From: Candidatus Thorarchaeota archaeon
GTDB lineage: Archaea; Asgardarchaeota; Thorarchaeia; Thorarchaeales; Thorarchaeaceae
NCBI GenBank assembly: GCA_003345545.1
Contig: PRDH01000070.1
Span: 1-40,187, forward strand
Direction of reading: 5' to 3'
DNA: 40,187 bases
The position numbers and the translations under genes were made by a program. Below the pieces are notes generated by a model. The model worked only from the letters and a program-made list of their open reading frames with translations, did no database searches and was not told where the DNA came from. Below, piece after piece: positions 29,456-38,046 of the stretch. Numbering within the stretch: the first letter of the stretch is position 1; every line of letters begins with the position of its first letter.

Positions 29456-29815
29456 ATGTCCCACAATCGTTCTCTTCGATTTTCACAGTCTACCTGCCCA
29501 GTCTGTGGAGGCAAGGAAGTTGCCCGAGATGACCTCAAGGGAGACCTTCTGTGCACCAACTGCGGACATATCGTGACCCGTACCGAATCGAGAAGTGTTG
29601 GCAAGTACGATATCGCTCAACACCTCAAGCGAAACGGGAAGATGACCTTCCCGAGCCTGAAGGAAGTCACCGGAGCCTCTGATGACAAGCTCTTCGGTGT
29701 ACTCCAAGGCATGGAGAGCATGGAACTTGTCGAACAGGTAGCAGGACAATATACTCTCACAAAGAAAGGACAGAGATGGTACCGTCAAAGACTGGGACAG
29801 GAGTGGGGATACTAA
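29456..29815 (+). CDS. TFIIB-type Zn ribbon plus winged-helix protein
   Basis: CPVCGGKEVARDDLKGDLLCTNCG (TFB-like ribbon), then IAQHLKRNGKMTFPSLKEVTG...LVEQ..GQYTLTKKG (wHTH). Confidence 0.8.
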   Translation: MSHNRSLRFSQSTCPVCGGKEVARDDLKGDLLCTNCGHIVTRTESRSVGKYDIAQHLKRNGKMTFPSLKEVTGASDDKLFGVLQGMESMELVEQVAGQYTLTKKGQRWYRQRLGQEWGY

Positions 29816-29934
29816 GTCACGAGAGGCATCCCCTGTTCCTTAGTGGATACCATATTCACATCTTTATTGGGGAGAATTATTGTACCAAATTTTACCAGCT
29901 GAAATAGATTTATTAGACCCTAAAACTCTGATTG

Positions 29935-30035
29935 AGTGGGATTCGATCCGATGAATGCCTAATTCTTCAATCTCCCTCCTACCACGCGATTGTGCTGCAG
30001 AACAGCACACTTGGATTGCGGATCGAATCCTCACT
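29935..30035. repeat. Structured element copy 1 (outer inverted repeat, conserved core, inner hairpin)
   Basis: Arms AGTGGGATTCGATCCG (29935-29950) and CGGATCGAATCCTCACT (30019-30035, one bulged T); core CTTCAATCTCCCTCCTACCACGCGA (29965-29989); inner hairpin TGTGCTG-CAGAA-CAGCACA. Confidence 0.7.
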
Positions 30036-30168
30036 TGGACTTCCTGCGGACTAATCGCTCTTCTATGTCGGATACAACCATGATTGAGCGTTCGCTTGGA
30101 GCCAATTATTCTAGAATATGAGTTACTCAGTTGGTTACATTGATTAACTTCACAAGCAATTTCGTATT

Positions 30169-31218
30169 ATGAAAGATAGGAGAAAGTTCCTGCATTTTCT
30201 TGATTCCGAAGAATACAAAGAGCTCGTCCCGGAATCCGATGAACAGAAGAAAGTGCCTCCTCCACTTTTTCAGCAGCCTTTTCCTGAGAATGTTCCTCTT
30301 ATCGATTTAGTTCCTCCTGATGAATTTGCTATTGGCAAAGCTCCTTTTCTTGATCTTGTCAATAGCAGAGAAAGTAGAAGAAAATACACTTCGGACCCTC
30401 TTACTCTAGAGGAATTGTCCTTTCTCCTCTGGAGCACTCAAGGAGTGAAGAAGGTACTAAAATCGGGTCGTGGAGTTAGACGTACTGTTCCTTCTGCTGG
30501 TGCCAAGAGCCCGCTTGAAACGTATCTAGTTATCAATAGAGTGGAAGGGCTTGAACCCGGTCTCTATCGTTATATCTCTTTTAGTCATCAGTTATTGTTT
30601 ATCAAGAGAATAGATAATGCAGAGGAAAGAATGGGTAAGCTGGCTTTTGACCAGAAGTTTGTGGGAACGGCTCCTGTTATTTTCTGTTGGACGGCTGTTC
30701 CATATCGAACCGAATGGCGTTATACTATCCTTTCTCACAAATTCATCGCTGTGGATTTGGGGATTGTATGTCAGAGCCTTTACATGTCTTGTGAGGCAAT
30801 CAATCTAGGAACAGTGGCGATAGGATACTATGAACAAGGCAAGTTGGATGAACTACTCGATCTAGACACAGATGAAGAGTTTGTTGTCTTACTAGCTCCT
30901 GTAGGAAGATATCAAAGAGAAAAGAAACTCACAGAGTTCTTCAAATACGCCAAGAAGAAAGTTGCTCCGAGAAGTCTAAAGAAACTGGAAGGGAAATACA
31001 AACGGAAGAATCTGGTCGAATTCATTGTTAAGAACGGTAATCTCGTAGCTAAGATTGGGGAGTTCGAAGAAATCCTTGACCCTTACAATGAAACAGAATT
31101 CATTGGAGAATTGAGTGCAAGAGCAATGAGGTTTGAGTTTACAGAAGAAGGGAAACCTGGAAAAGTAGTTGTACTAACTGCAGAAGATGAAGAAGTAGAA
31201 TTGGAATACGTGGAATAA
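30169..31218 (+). CDS. SagB/ThcOx-family nitroreductase-like flavoprotein with an extra C-terminal domain
   Basis: RESRRKY, LEELSFLLWSTQG, RTVPSAGA..PLETY, GLYRY, EWRY, GTVAIG. Confidence 0.9.
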   Translation: MKDRRKFLHFLDSEEYKELVPESDEQKKVPPPLFQQPFPENVPLIDLVPPDEFAIGKAPFLDLVNSRESRRKYTSDPLTLEELSFLLWSTQGVKKVLKSGRGVRRTVPSAGAKSPLETYLVINRVEGLEPGLYRYISFSHQLLFIKRIDNAEERMGKLAFDQKFVGTAPVIFCWTAVPYRTEWRYTILSHKFIAVDLGIVCQSLYMSCEAINLGTVAIGYYEQGKLDELLDLDTDEEFVVLLAPVGRYQREKKLTEFFKYAKKKVAPRSLKKLEGKYKRKNLVEFIVKNGNLVAKIGEFEEILDPYNETEFIGELSARAMRFEFTEEGKPGKVVVLTAEDEEVELEYVE

Positions 31219-31418
31219 ACATCACTCTGCAGGATTCCTCTGGAGTTAAAGCCCGCACTAATAGAAACGAGTTCTCGAGTCGAATCTTCTCGGATTCTCT
31301 GAAACAATCAGATTATGTGTGTTCTTTCCGTTTTCTCAATCCAGAATAGCTGCTCAAGTCAATTCTTCCAAATGTACCTAACTAAATGCTTAATATGCAT
31401 TCGATTACGGTACGCATA

Positions 31419-31518
31419 GGGCTTGGAACAGAGAGCTTCAAACTCCCCTCCTAACCACGCGAATATTCCTACGTCAGTAGGAACCTACTTTCCCTAGATT
31501 TTTCTCTGCGCCAGGCCC
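31419..31518. repeat. Structured element copy 2
   Basis: Arms GGGCTTGG-AA-CAGAGAG and TTCTCTG-CG-CCAGGCCC (pairing includes G-U); core CTTCAAACTCCCCTCCTAACCACGCGA (31436-31462); inner hairpin TTCCTAC-GTCA-GTAGGAA. Confidence 0.7.
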
Positions 31519-31534
31519 GTATCATCTTCTCAAT

Positions 31535-32692
31535 TCAAACCGTCTTCTTTATGATAATCAGGTCTTTGCCATCTATCTTCACTGGCATCTCCGGAGGCAG
31601 GTCCAATAACCAATCCTCGAGCTCCTCAGGTGTCTTGAAACGAAGTAGGATGCCAAGTCTGTCAAGGGGCAGTGTCTCATACCGTGTCATGATTTTCTTG
31701 ATCTGAAGCATGCGGAATGCTTCTAGTTCAGCCTGCGCTTCTTCTGCGAGCTCCTTTGTTTTGTCGAACCAAGGACTCTCTCTCTCAAACTCCCAGATCT
31801 CGACAAGTCCTTCCATCGAGCCGGTGATGATGTATCTGCTATCCGGCGTAACAACCATTGAATGGACATTACTCGTATGGGTCAAATCCGCAATGAGTAC
31901 ACCACCGCGAAGGACCCAGACACGCACCGTTCCATCGGATGAACCCGTGATGACATGCTGACCATCGTTCGTGATGTGGATTGTGAGAATAGGGGCATGA
32001 TGGCCTGTCATCGTCTTAAGCAGAGTGCCTGTTTCGAGGTCCCAGAGGTACACCGTACCATGTTGATCGCCTGAGAGAATGTATCGAGAGTCAGCAGTCA
32101 TAGCCAGAGCCGTCACATGGCCCTGATGTCCCTCAAGGAGTCTGAGTTGAACACCAAGTTCAAAGTCCCAAATCCAGACAACACCGACATCTCTCGTGCC
32201 AGGTGTCCGTTTGCTCCCGGAGATCAAATATCGACCATCAGGACTCACAATCAGTGAGTATATCCCACGTCCATGGTCAGAACTACGAAGCATGACTCCT
32301 CGGTCTATGTCCCAGTACCTCGCAACACCGTCATCCCCACCAGTGACGATGAATCGCTGATCTGGGCTGACAGCGATTGCTGTGACATGGACGGAGTTGG
32401 GCGCAAGAGACCGAATCAACTCATGCGTTTCGAGGTCCCATATCTTGACAGCGAGGTCCTTGTCAGCAATCGAAACGAGGCGCTTGCCATCTGGCATTAC
32501 TAAGAGCCTGTAGACAGGCCCATTATGACCGAGGAACTTATGGAGCTCCTTTCCTGATGCAAAGTCCCACAGGCGTATTGTGGCGTCCTGACCACCCGAA
32601 ACAATAATCCGACCATCCGGCGTAATCGCCAAGCTCCAGACAGTGAATTCGTGCCCTTCCATTTGACCACTTGGCGTCATCTCATTGACCAA
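31535..32692 (-). CDS. Seven-bladed WD40-repeat protein with a C-terminal PCI-like winged helix
   Basis: Seven GH...WD-type repeats; tail IMTRYETLPLDRLGILLRF..PEELEDWLL...VKIDG. Start uncertain (TTG 32692 or ATG 32680). Confidence 0.9.
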   Translation of the reverse strand: MVNEMTPSGQMEGHEFTVWSLAITPDGRIIVSGGQDATIRLWDFASGKELHKFLGHNGPVYRLLVMPDGKRLVSIADKDLAVKIWDLETHELIRSLAPNSVHVTAIAVSPDQRFIVTGGDDGVARYWDIDRGVMLRSSDHGRGIYSLIVSPDGRYLISGSKRTPGTRDVGVVWIWDFELGVQLRLLEGHQGHVTALAMTADSRYILSGDQHGTVYLWDLETGTLLKTMTGHHAPILTIHITNDGQHVITGSSDGTVRVWVLRGGVLIADLTHTSNVHSMVVTPDSRYIITGSMEGLVEIWEFERESPWFDKTKELAEEAQAELEAFRMLQIKKIMTRYETLPLDRLGILLRFKTPEELEDWLLDLPPEMPVKIDGKDLIIIKKTV

Positions 32693-32778
32693 ATTCGGAC
32701 ATCTCCCTCTTTTCAACTAGCTAGCAATTCGAACAATGAGATGAATGAAAAAAAAGTTGTCGCTCGGACGGAGGGTGC

Positions 32779-32814
32779 AAGAAAAAGAAAGGGAGGGTGG
32801 CACGAAGTGCCACC
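32779..32814 (-). terminator. Hairpin plus T tract after the pyrophosphatase gene
   Basis: On the minus strand, GGTGGCAC-TTC-GTGCCACC (perfect 8-bp stem) followed by CTCCCTTTCTTTTTCTT. Confidence 0.7.
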
Positions 32815-32834
32815 GCACTAATGTAGTTCTCTGA

Positions 32835-35231
32835 CTAGACAACTTCAGCCTGGACTTTCCTCTCCATGCCGAAATCAGCGGGTCTCATACTCTTGCGTAG
32901 TGCCCATATTGTCATGCCGAACAGGATAATGAGAGCAATGACCCCTGCGAGCATCACAGTCAGATTCGTAGCTGCCTGTGTCTCCAGCATCACCAAGACA
33001 GGTGCAAGAATCAGAGCCAGCAGGTTGACCACCTTGATCATTGGATTGAGCGAGGGACCTGCAGTATCCTTGAGAGGATCACCCACAGTGTCGCCTACGA
33101 CGCTACACTTGTGACGTTCCGAGCCTTTACCTCTATTGTGAGCGGGATCCCGGGGCTCACTCTCTATTGACTTCTTCGCATTGTCCCAAGCACCACCAGT
33201 GTTGGACATGTATACTGCAAGTAGCTGCCCAGATACGATGATTCCTCCGAGGAACCCTCCGAGGGCCGCTATGCCAAAGAGAATGCCTACAATGAGAGGT
33301 ACTGACACTGTCAAGGCCGCAAGAGAAACAAGTTCCTTTTGAGCTGCTGTAGTCGAGATGCCGACAGCCTTTCCGTAATCAGGTTTGACAGTACCCTCAA
33401 GAACGCCGGGTATTCTGAACTGCCTGCGTACCTCCACGACCATCTGCCCAGCTGCACGGCTGACTGCTTTGATGTTCACGGAAGAGAACAGCCATGGCAG
33501 TGCGGCACCAAGAAGAAGCCCAGAGAACACTCGGGGATCATCAAGGAGTAGATGCTCCAATCCTGCCACGACTACAAAGCTATTGAATAGGCTTACTGCA
33601 GCAATGACTGCAGAAGCAATTGCTACGCCCTTCGTGATTGCCTTAGTCGTGTTGCCCACCGCATCGAGCTCAGCCAATACCTTGTCAGACTCATCATCAA
33701 AGTCACCAGGAGATAGCTCAGCGATACCTCCAGCATTATCACTGATTGGACCGTATGAGTCCATGGCGACATTGTTGCCTGTGTGAGATAGCATCCCGAT
33801 ACCAATCAGTGCAATACCATAGAGTGTCCAGAGATTACCCTCTATACCGACAACGAAAGCGGGCGCAAAGAGTGCAGCTACTCCGGGCATGAAGAGAACG
33901 GTAGCGATACCGAATGTAGAAACAATCACCACTAGTGCGGCCACAGTTGATTCATACCCTGAGGCGATACCTGATAGGATTAGGGTTGCTGTGCCCGTGT
34001 CAGTGGACTTGACAATCTCCTTGACAGGTGCCTTCCTGAGAGAAGTGAAGTAGCTTGTAATGGGATTGAAAGAAACTGCTAGCATGACACCGACAGCAAC
34101 TAGAATTCCGAATCTGATATCTCCCACGTAGAGCCATGACAGTATCATGGTCAGAGTAATTGTGAAGGCACTGGAGGCCTCGTAAGAGAGGAACATTGCC
34201 TTCTCTGCATAGACTGCATGCTTCTTCAGCAATCTTGGCCACACAGGGACCATTACAGTACCAATCATTGATGAGATGACGCCAACAGCTCTCACGAACA
34301 ATGGAAATACTACAACCGCGAGAGCTCCACCAGGGAGAAGATTGGCGAAGAATTCGATAGGATCTCCTGGCAGCCCTAGACTGTCAACATACAACACGAT
34401 AGCGAGAATCAATGAGGAAACAATTGTGACTTCGTATGACTCAAATATATCTGCGGCCATACCTGCGCAGTCACCCACGTTGTCTCCAACGAGGTCTGCA
34501 ATAACGGCAGCATTTCTTGGGTCATCTTCAGGTAGGCCCTGCTCAACTTTGCCTACGAGATCTGCACCGACATCAGCTGCTTTGGTGTAGATTCCACCAC
34601 CTACCCTCATGAAGAGTGCTAGAAGTGTGCCACCAAGGCCAAAGCCTAGAAGCGCATCCGGTGACGCGATGCCAAAGATGATGAAAATGATAGTGCCACC
34701 AATCAGACCCAGTCCGTCGGTGAGCATACCCGTAAAAGTACCGCCTCTGTACGCAATCGTCAGAGCGCGATTGTACCTGTTTTCTCCCTCACGTGTAGCC
34801 TGTGCAACCCTAATATTGGACTCAACAGCAATACGCATGCCAAGTTGTCCAACCATCAGCGAGAAGCTTGCACCAAGGACAAAGGCCAATGATCGACCAA
34901 CACCGACGATTATGCGGCCTGCCTCTGAGTCTCCGAATAGGACTTCGGTGCCTCTCTCTGGTGTCGTTATATAGACGGTGAAGAAGAGAAGGAAAGCCAA
35001 CACAAACAGAATCGGAACAATCGTCTTCAACTGCCTGCGCAGATATGATAGGGCACCTTCCCTGACACCGTTCCAAACCGTCTGCATCTGCTCAGTCCCT
35101 TTGTCCTGTACAAGAACACCCCTTCTGAGCCACCAAGCATACACGAGACTCACGATAGCTGCTGCAATGACTGTCAGTATCATAAACTTGGCAATCCAAT
35201 GCATTCCTAGGAATGTCTCGAATAGTTGCAT
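32835..35231 (-). CDS. hppA: Membrane-bound H+-translocating pyrophosphatase (K+-independent type)
   Basis: GGGIYTKAADVGADLVGKVE, EDDPRN, DNVGDCAGMAADIFE, GPISDNAGG, GNTTKA, GGAWDNAKK, GDTVGDPLKD. Start placed at ATG 35231 after a GGTGA SD. Confidence 0.97.
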   Translation of the reverse strand: MQLFETFLGMHWIAKFMILTVIAAAIVSLVYAWWLRRGVLVQDKGTEQMQTVWNGVREGALSYLRRQLKTIVPILFVLAFLLFFTVYITTPERGTEVLFGDSEAGRIIVGVGRSLAFVLGASFSLMVGQLGMRIAVESNIRVAQATREGENRYNRALTIAYRGGTFTGMLTDGLGLIGGTIIFIIFGIASPDALLGFGLGGTLLALFMRVGGGIYTKAADVGADLVGKVEQGLPEDDPRNAAVIADLVGDNVGDCAGMAADIFESYEVTIVSSLILAIVLYVDSLGLPGDPIEFFANLLPGGALAVVVFPLFVRAVGVISSMIGTVMVPVWPRLLKKHAVYAEKAMFLSYEASSAFTITLTMILSWLYVGDIRFGILVAVGVMLAVSFNPITSYFTSLRKAPVKEIVKSTDTGTATLILSGIASGYESTVAALVVIVSTFGIATVLFMPGVAALFAPAFVVGIEGNLWTLYGIALIGIGMLSHTGNNVAMDSYGPISDNAGGIAELSPGDFDDESDKVLAELDAVGNTTKAITKGVAIASAVIAAVSLFNSFVVVAGLEHLLLDDPRVFSGLLLGAALPWLFSSVNIKAVSRAAGQMVVEVRRQFRIPGVLEGTVKPDYGKAVGISTTAAQKELVSLAALTVSVPLIVGILFGIAALGGFLGGIIVSGQLLAVYMSNTGGAWDNAKKSIESEPRDPAHNRGKGSERHKCSVVGDTVGDPLKDTAGPSLNPMIKVVNLLALILAPVLVMLETQAATNLTVMLAGVIALIILFGMTIWALRKSMRPADFGMERKVQAEVV

Positions 35232-35457
35232 TTTATCTTTCACCATTCCGTTTTTCTTCAGTGTACTAGGAGTCCAGAACACTTGACTCGTAGACCTAGA
35301 TTCCGGTGTGATTGAGCAGTTGGGCAAAAAATCGCCCTCTTAAGGATATCTTTGGGGGATGTCCAAAACAAACACGATGCGACTCAGTCGATGATGGCTT
35401 TATCACTGAATAGTCATTATCGAGCATCTGACCGAATCCCAAAAGGACATGAAGACT

Positions 35458-35640
35458 TCAAACGGGTGGCGGTCTTTGTATGTCAGGCTTCGTAACAATA
35501 TCTGGTCTGTGCCCAAGCTCTGCCTGTTGCTCAAGCTCTGCCTTTTTTTCGAGCGTGAGTTTCTGCTTATGGTCTACCCATTCTGCAACTGCTACTAGCA
35601 TCACAGGAAAAACAAGCACTAATAGCCAGAGTAAGAACAA
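35458..35640 (-). CDS. Possible small single-TM membrane protein
   Basis: Hydrophobic N-terminus followed by a charged helical tail; start codon uncertain. Confidence 0.35.
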   Translation of the reverse strand: MFLLWLLVLVFPVMLVAVAEWVDHKQKLTLEKKAELEQQAELGHRPDIVTKPDIQRPPPV

Positions 35641-35922
35641 TTCCTCCTTGCACAGATTATTCGCATTATTCTATTGGATTGAAATCAATTAAACTCTGCG
35701 ACCTGGTTGGGGATGGTTCTGTATTAATTCCAGATTTGATTGACGTTGCAAGACTGCGGAGATTGGATGAATTACACAGAAAAAGCCACAGAACAGAACA
35801 ATCCTGATGAAGAATGGTGGACCGGGCGTGATTTGAACACGCGGCCTCATGGATGCAAACCATGCGATCTGCCGGGCTAATCTACCGGCCCACTGTTGGA
35901 GAGCTGTCCAGTGAAGCGGGTT

Positions 35923-36534
35923 TTAACCCTTACGCTCTGATATATCCTCGCGCAAGGCATCGACCCAGACTGGAGCACCCTTCAATTCGGAAGCCTCTTC
36001 GGGTGTCAGTTCTTTGTACTGAACGAGAGTCATATCATCCGGGAAGATTCCACTGACACCAGCAGGGTCCTCCATCACAAGAGTAAAGGGAAATTGCCCC
36101 TGCATTGCGGCTTTCATCTCTTCGAGAATCTTAGACGCTCTTTCTTTCTCTGCTTTCAACTCAGCAAATCTGCAGGCAGACTCGACGACAGCGCGAACCC
36201 GAAACAAGATTCCTTCAACATTAGAAATGAAGGCGTCGGCTGAAGGACCCGGTTCAACCTCGATTCCCCATTCAGGTAACCGATAGGTGCAGGAGCCAGA
36301 ACGAACGATTCTGACATTCAGGAGAGACTCATCATCTACGCGCAAACTGAAACGAGAAGGCCTTCTCTGCTCAGCAGAAAAGACGTCGTTATGACTGAAA
36401 CCGCACTTGGGGCACCGAACCATGAACATTGCAAGTTCATTGAAGAATGGAACGCTGTAGAGCATAGAGCGGACCTTCAGTCTGCCCGTGCCACAGGCCG
36501 GGCAATTGGATGCTAATTCGTCCTCAGGTGTCAT
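35923..36534 (-). CDS. ZPR1-related zinc-finger protein (archaeal single-module type)
   Basis: CPACG...VPFFNE...CPKCGF, LNVRIVRS, IEVEPGP, FISNVEG, TLVMEDPAGVS. Start placed at ATG 36534. Confidence 0.92.
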   Translation of the reverse strand: MTPEDELASNCPACGTGRLKVRSMLYSVPFFNELAMFMVRCPKCGFSHNDVFSAEQRRPSRFSLRVDDESLLNVRIVRSGSCTYRLPEWGIEVEPGPSADAFISNVEGILFRVRAVVESACRFAELKAEKERASKILEEMKAAMQGQFPFTLVMEDPAGVSGIFPDDMTLVQYKELTPEEASELKGAPVWVDALREDISERKG

Positions 36535-36736
36535 CTCAACCAAGACACCTGTCGTTGCATTTCCTATAAGGCTGACCATATGGCAGTTCGATGATTTCGG
36601 GTACGGTTGAGGATACATCACTGTAATCCTCAAAAGCAAGAGGGTGTTGGTTATCGTAGTGCACGCCAAGCATTATCTGACAATCTAAGAGAGATGCTGC
36701 AATAGAAGATAACAGGTTAGAGAGAGGTCAGACTCC

Positions 36737-37930
36737 ATGGAGATCAACGGTATCTACATCATTAAGCGGGATACTGGGGTGTGTCTTTACTACAAGGACT
36801 TCTCGGGTTCTGCGTTTGACCCGCAACTTCTCTCATCCTTTCTGGTGGCAATGACATCATTCTTTGACGAAGCAACGCGATCGATCAAATCTCAAGCGCG
36901 GGCATTTGAGGGCACTGACTATACTATTCTGGTCGAATTTGGTGAATGGACACTAGGCGCGATATCAACAAAGAGTGACAATGCGAACGTCAGGGCAAAA
37001 CTGAGAAGGGCTATTGCCAAATTCGAGGAACAGTTCGCAGTCCTGAAGTTCATCGAACTGGACCTAGCTGTTCATACCCGTTTCGAACAGACAGTCATGA
37101 GTGAGTTCGTTCGGGAGAACATTGAGCCAGAGACTCTCATGGCTGTAAGACCTGAGTGGGAGTACCTTGCCCACAGACCTGATGTTATTTCGTTCCTGAG
37201 ACTCATACCGGATATATGTTCTGTCGAGGATGCTGCATCGTTCTTGGAGGTCCCTGTCGAGATTGCACTCAATCTTGCAGCGGAGGCGTTATGGGAAGGA
37301 GTGATAGTCATCACGAATCCCGTGCGGCCGGATGACATCTATCAGACAACATCATTGACTCCTTCCAAGGAGGCGTTAGAAGGTCTTTCTTCGGAAGCGG
37401 CCAAGACACTTTCAGAGCTAGATGGGGAGACCCCACTGTCCATTGCAGCTGAGAGGATAAGAACAGAAGACTTGAAACGTTTTCTTGAAGAAGTGGCCTG
37501 GCTCCAGAAGAGAAGCATAGTCGAGCTTGTTTCGCCAACACAGGCCGTAGTAGTCAGATACTCCTCAGCACTGCAAGCATTATTGAAGCGATTGTCAGAG
37601 ATAATTGGTTTTCCGCCTGTCAGGAGAGTCTTCTTTGAGGCCCGCGAGAGATTAGCGAAACTCTATCCATGGCTGGCATTTGTGGGGTTCAAAGACAGTC
37701 TAGATATCGACATGAGGAGCTCGCTTCTATCTGCAACATTGAAGGGATCCATTGCTCCAGAAACAATAGAAGATGGTTTTAGGGCCTTCATTCAGTTCAT
37801 TACTAGAATGGGAATGGACCTCATAGGTAAGAAACCGCTAAACAAGATTATCTTCAACACCAAGGGGGAGATTGAAAAACGATTTCCAAGCACCGTATTT
37901 CAAATAGAGTGGGAAGCGTTTCTTGTCTGA
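36737..37930 (+). CDS. Longin-like N-terminal domain protein with downstream winged-helix-like and helical domains
   Basis: IYIIKRDTGVCLYYKDF...DPQLLSSFLVAMTSFFDE...LRRAIAKFEEQF fits the longin-fold pattern; LSELDGETPLSIAA resembles a wHTH. Confidence 0.7.
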   Translation: MEINGIYIIKRDTGVCLYYKDFSGSAFDPQLLSSFLVAMTSFFDEATRSIKSQARAFEGTDYTILVEFGEWTLGAISTKSDNANVRAKLRRAIAKFEEQFAVLKFIELDLAVHTRFEQTVMSEFVRENIEPETLMAVRPEWEYLAHRPDVISFLRLIPDICSVEDAASFLEVPVEIALNLAAEALWEGVIVITNPVRPDDIYQTTSLTPSKEALEGLSSEAAKTLSELDGETPLSIAAERIRTEDLKRFLEEVAWLQKRSIVELVSPTQAVVVRYSSALQALLKRLSEIIGFPPVRRVFFEARERLAKLYPWLAFVGFKDSLDIDMRSSLLSATLKGSIAPETIEDGFRAFIQFITRMGMDLIGKKPLNKIIFNTKGEIEKRFPSTVFQIEWEAFLV

Positions 37931-38046
37931 GGTTCGTCATAGCGTGATCTGTTTCTTGAACGGCTAATAGCGCACACACAAATCCCTTAAACGTTGGTTC
38001 TTGCATCAGTTGCGCGAGGAGTAGAATAGACGTGCAAAGAGCAAGT

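Noticed and set aside
21683-29815. Canonical Wadjet (jetABCD) or Rad50-Mre11 locus
   Set aside because: No Toprim JetD, no zinc-hook CxxC and no adjacent Mre11. The metallophosphoesterase at 12 kb is short and distant.
29920-30050. Canonical integron attC site
   Set aside because: A bulged inverted repeat is present, but there is no correctly spaced AAC/GTT R-box pair.
30169-31218. RiPP (azole) biosynthetic cluster
   Set aside because: The SagB-like gene stands alone, with no YcaO, E1-like or precursor gene nearby.
29960-31462. Core motif ending in TTCAA...CCA read as a tRNA 3' half or att site
   Set aside because: There is no matching acceptor 5' strand, D-arm or anticodon arm, the T-loop register is wrong, and no integrase lies in the window.
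35641-35922. Small ORFs between the small TM ORF and ZPR1
   Set aside because: No frame gives a convincing protein; the region may be a decayed gene, but this cannot be supported from the sequence.
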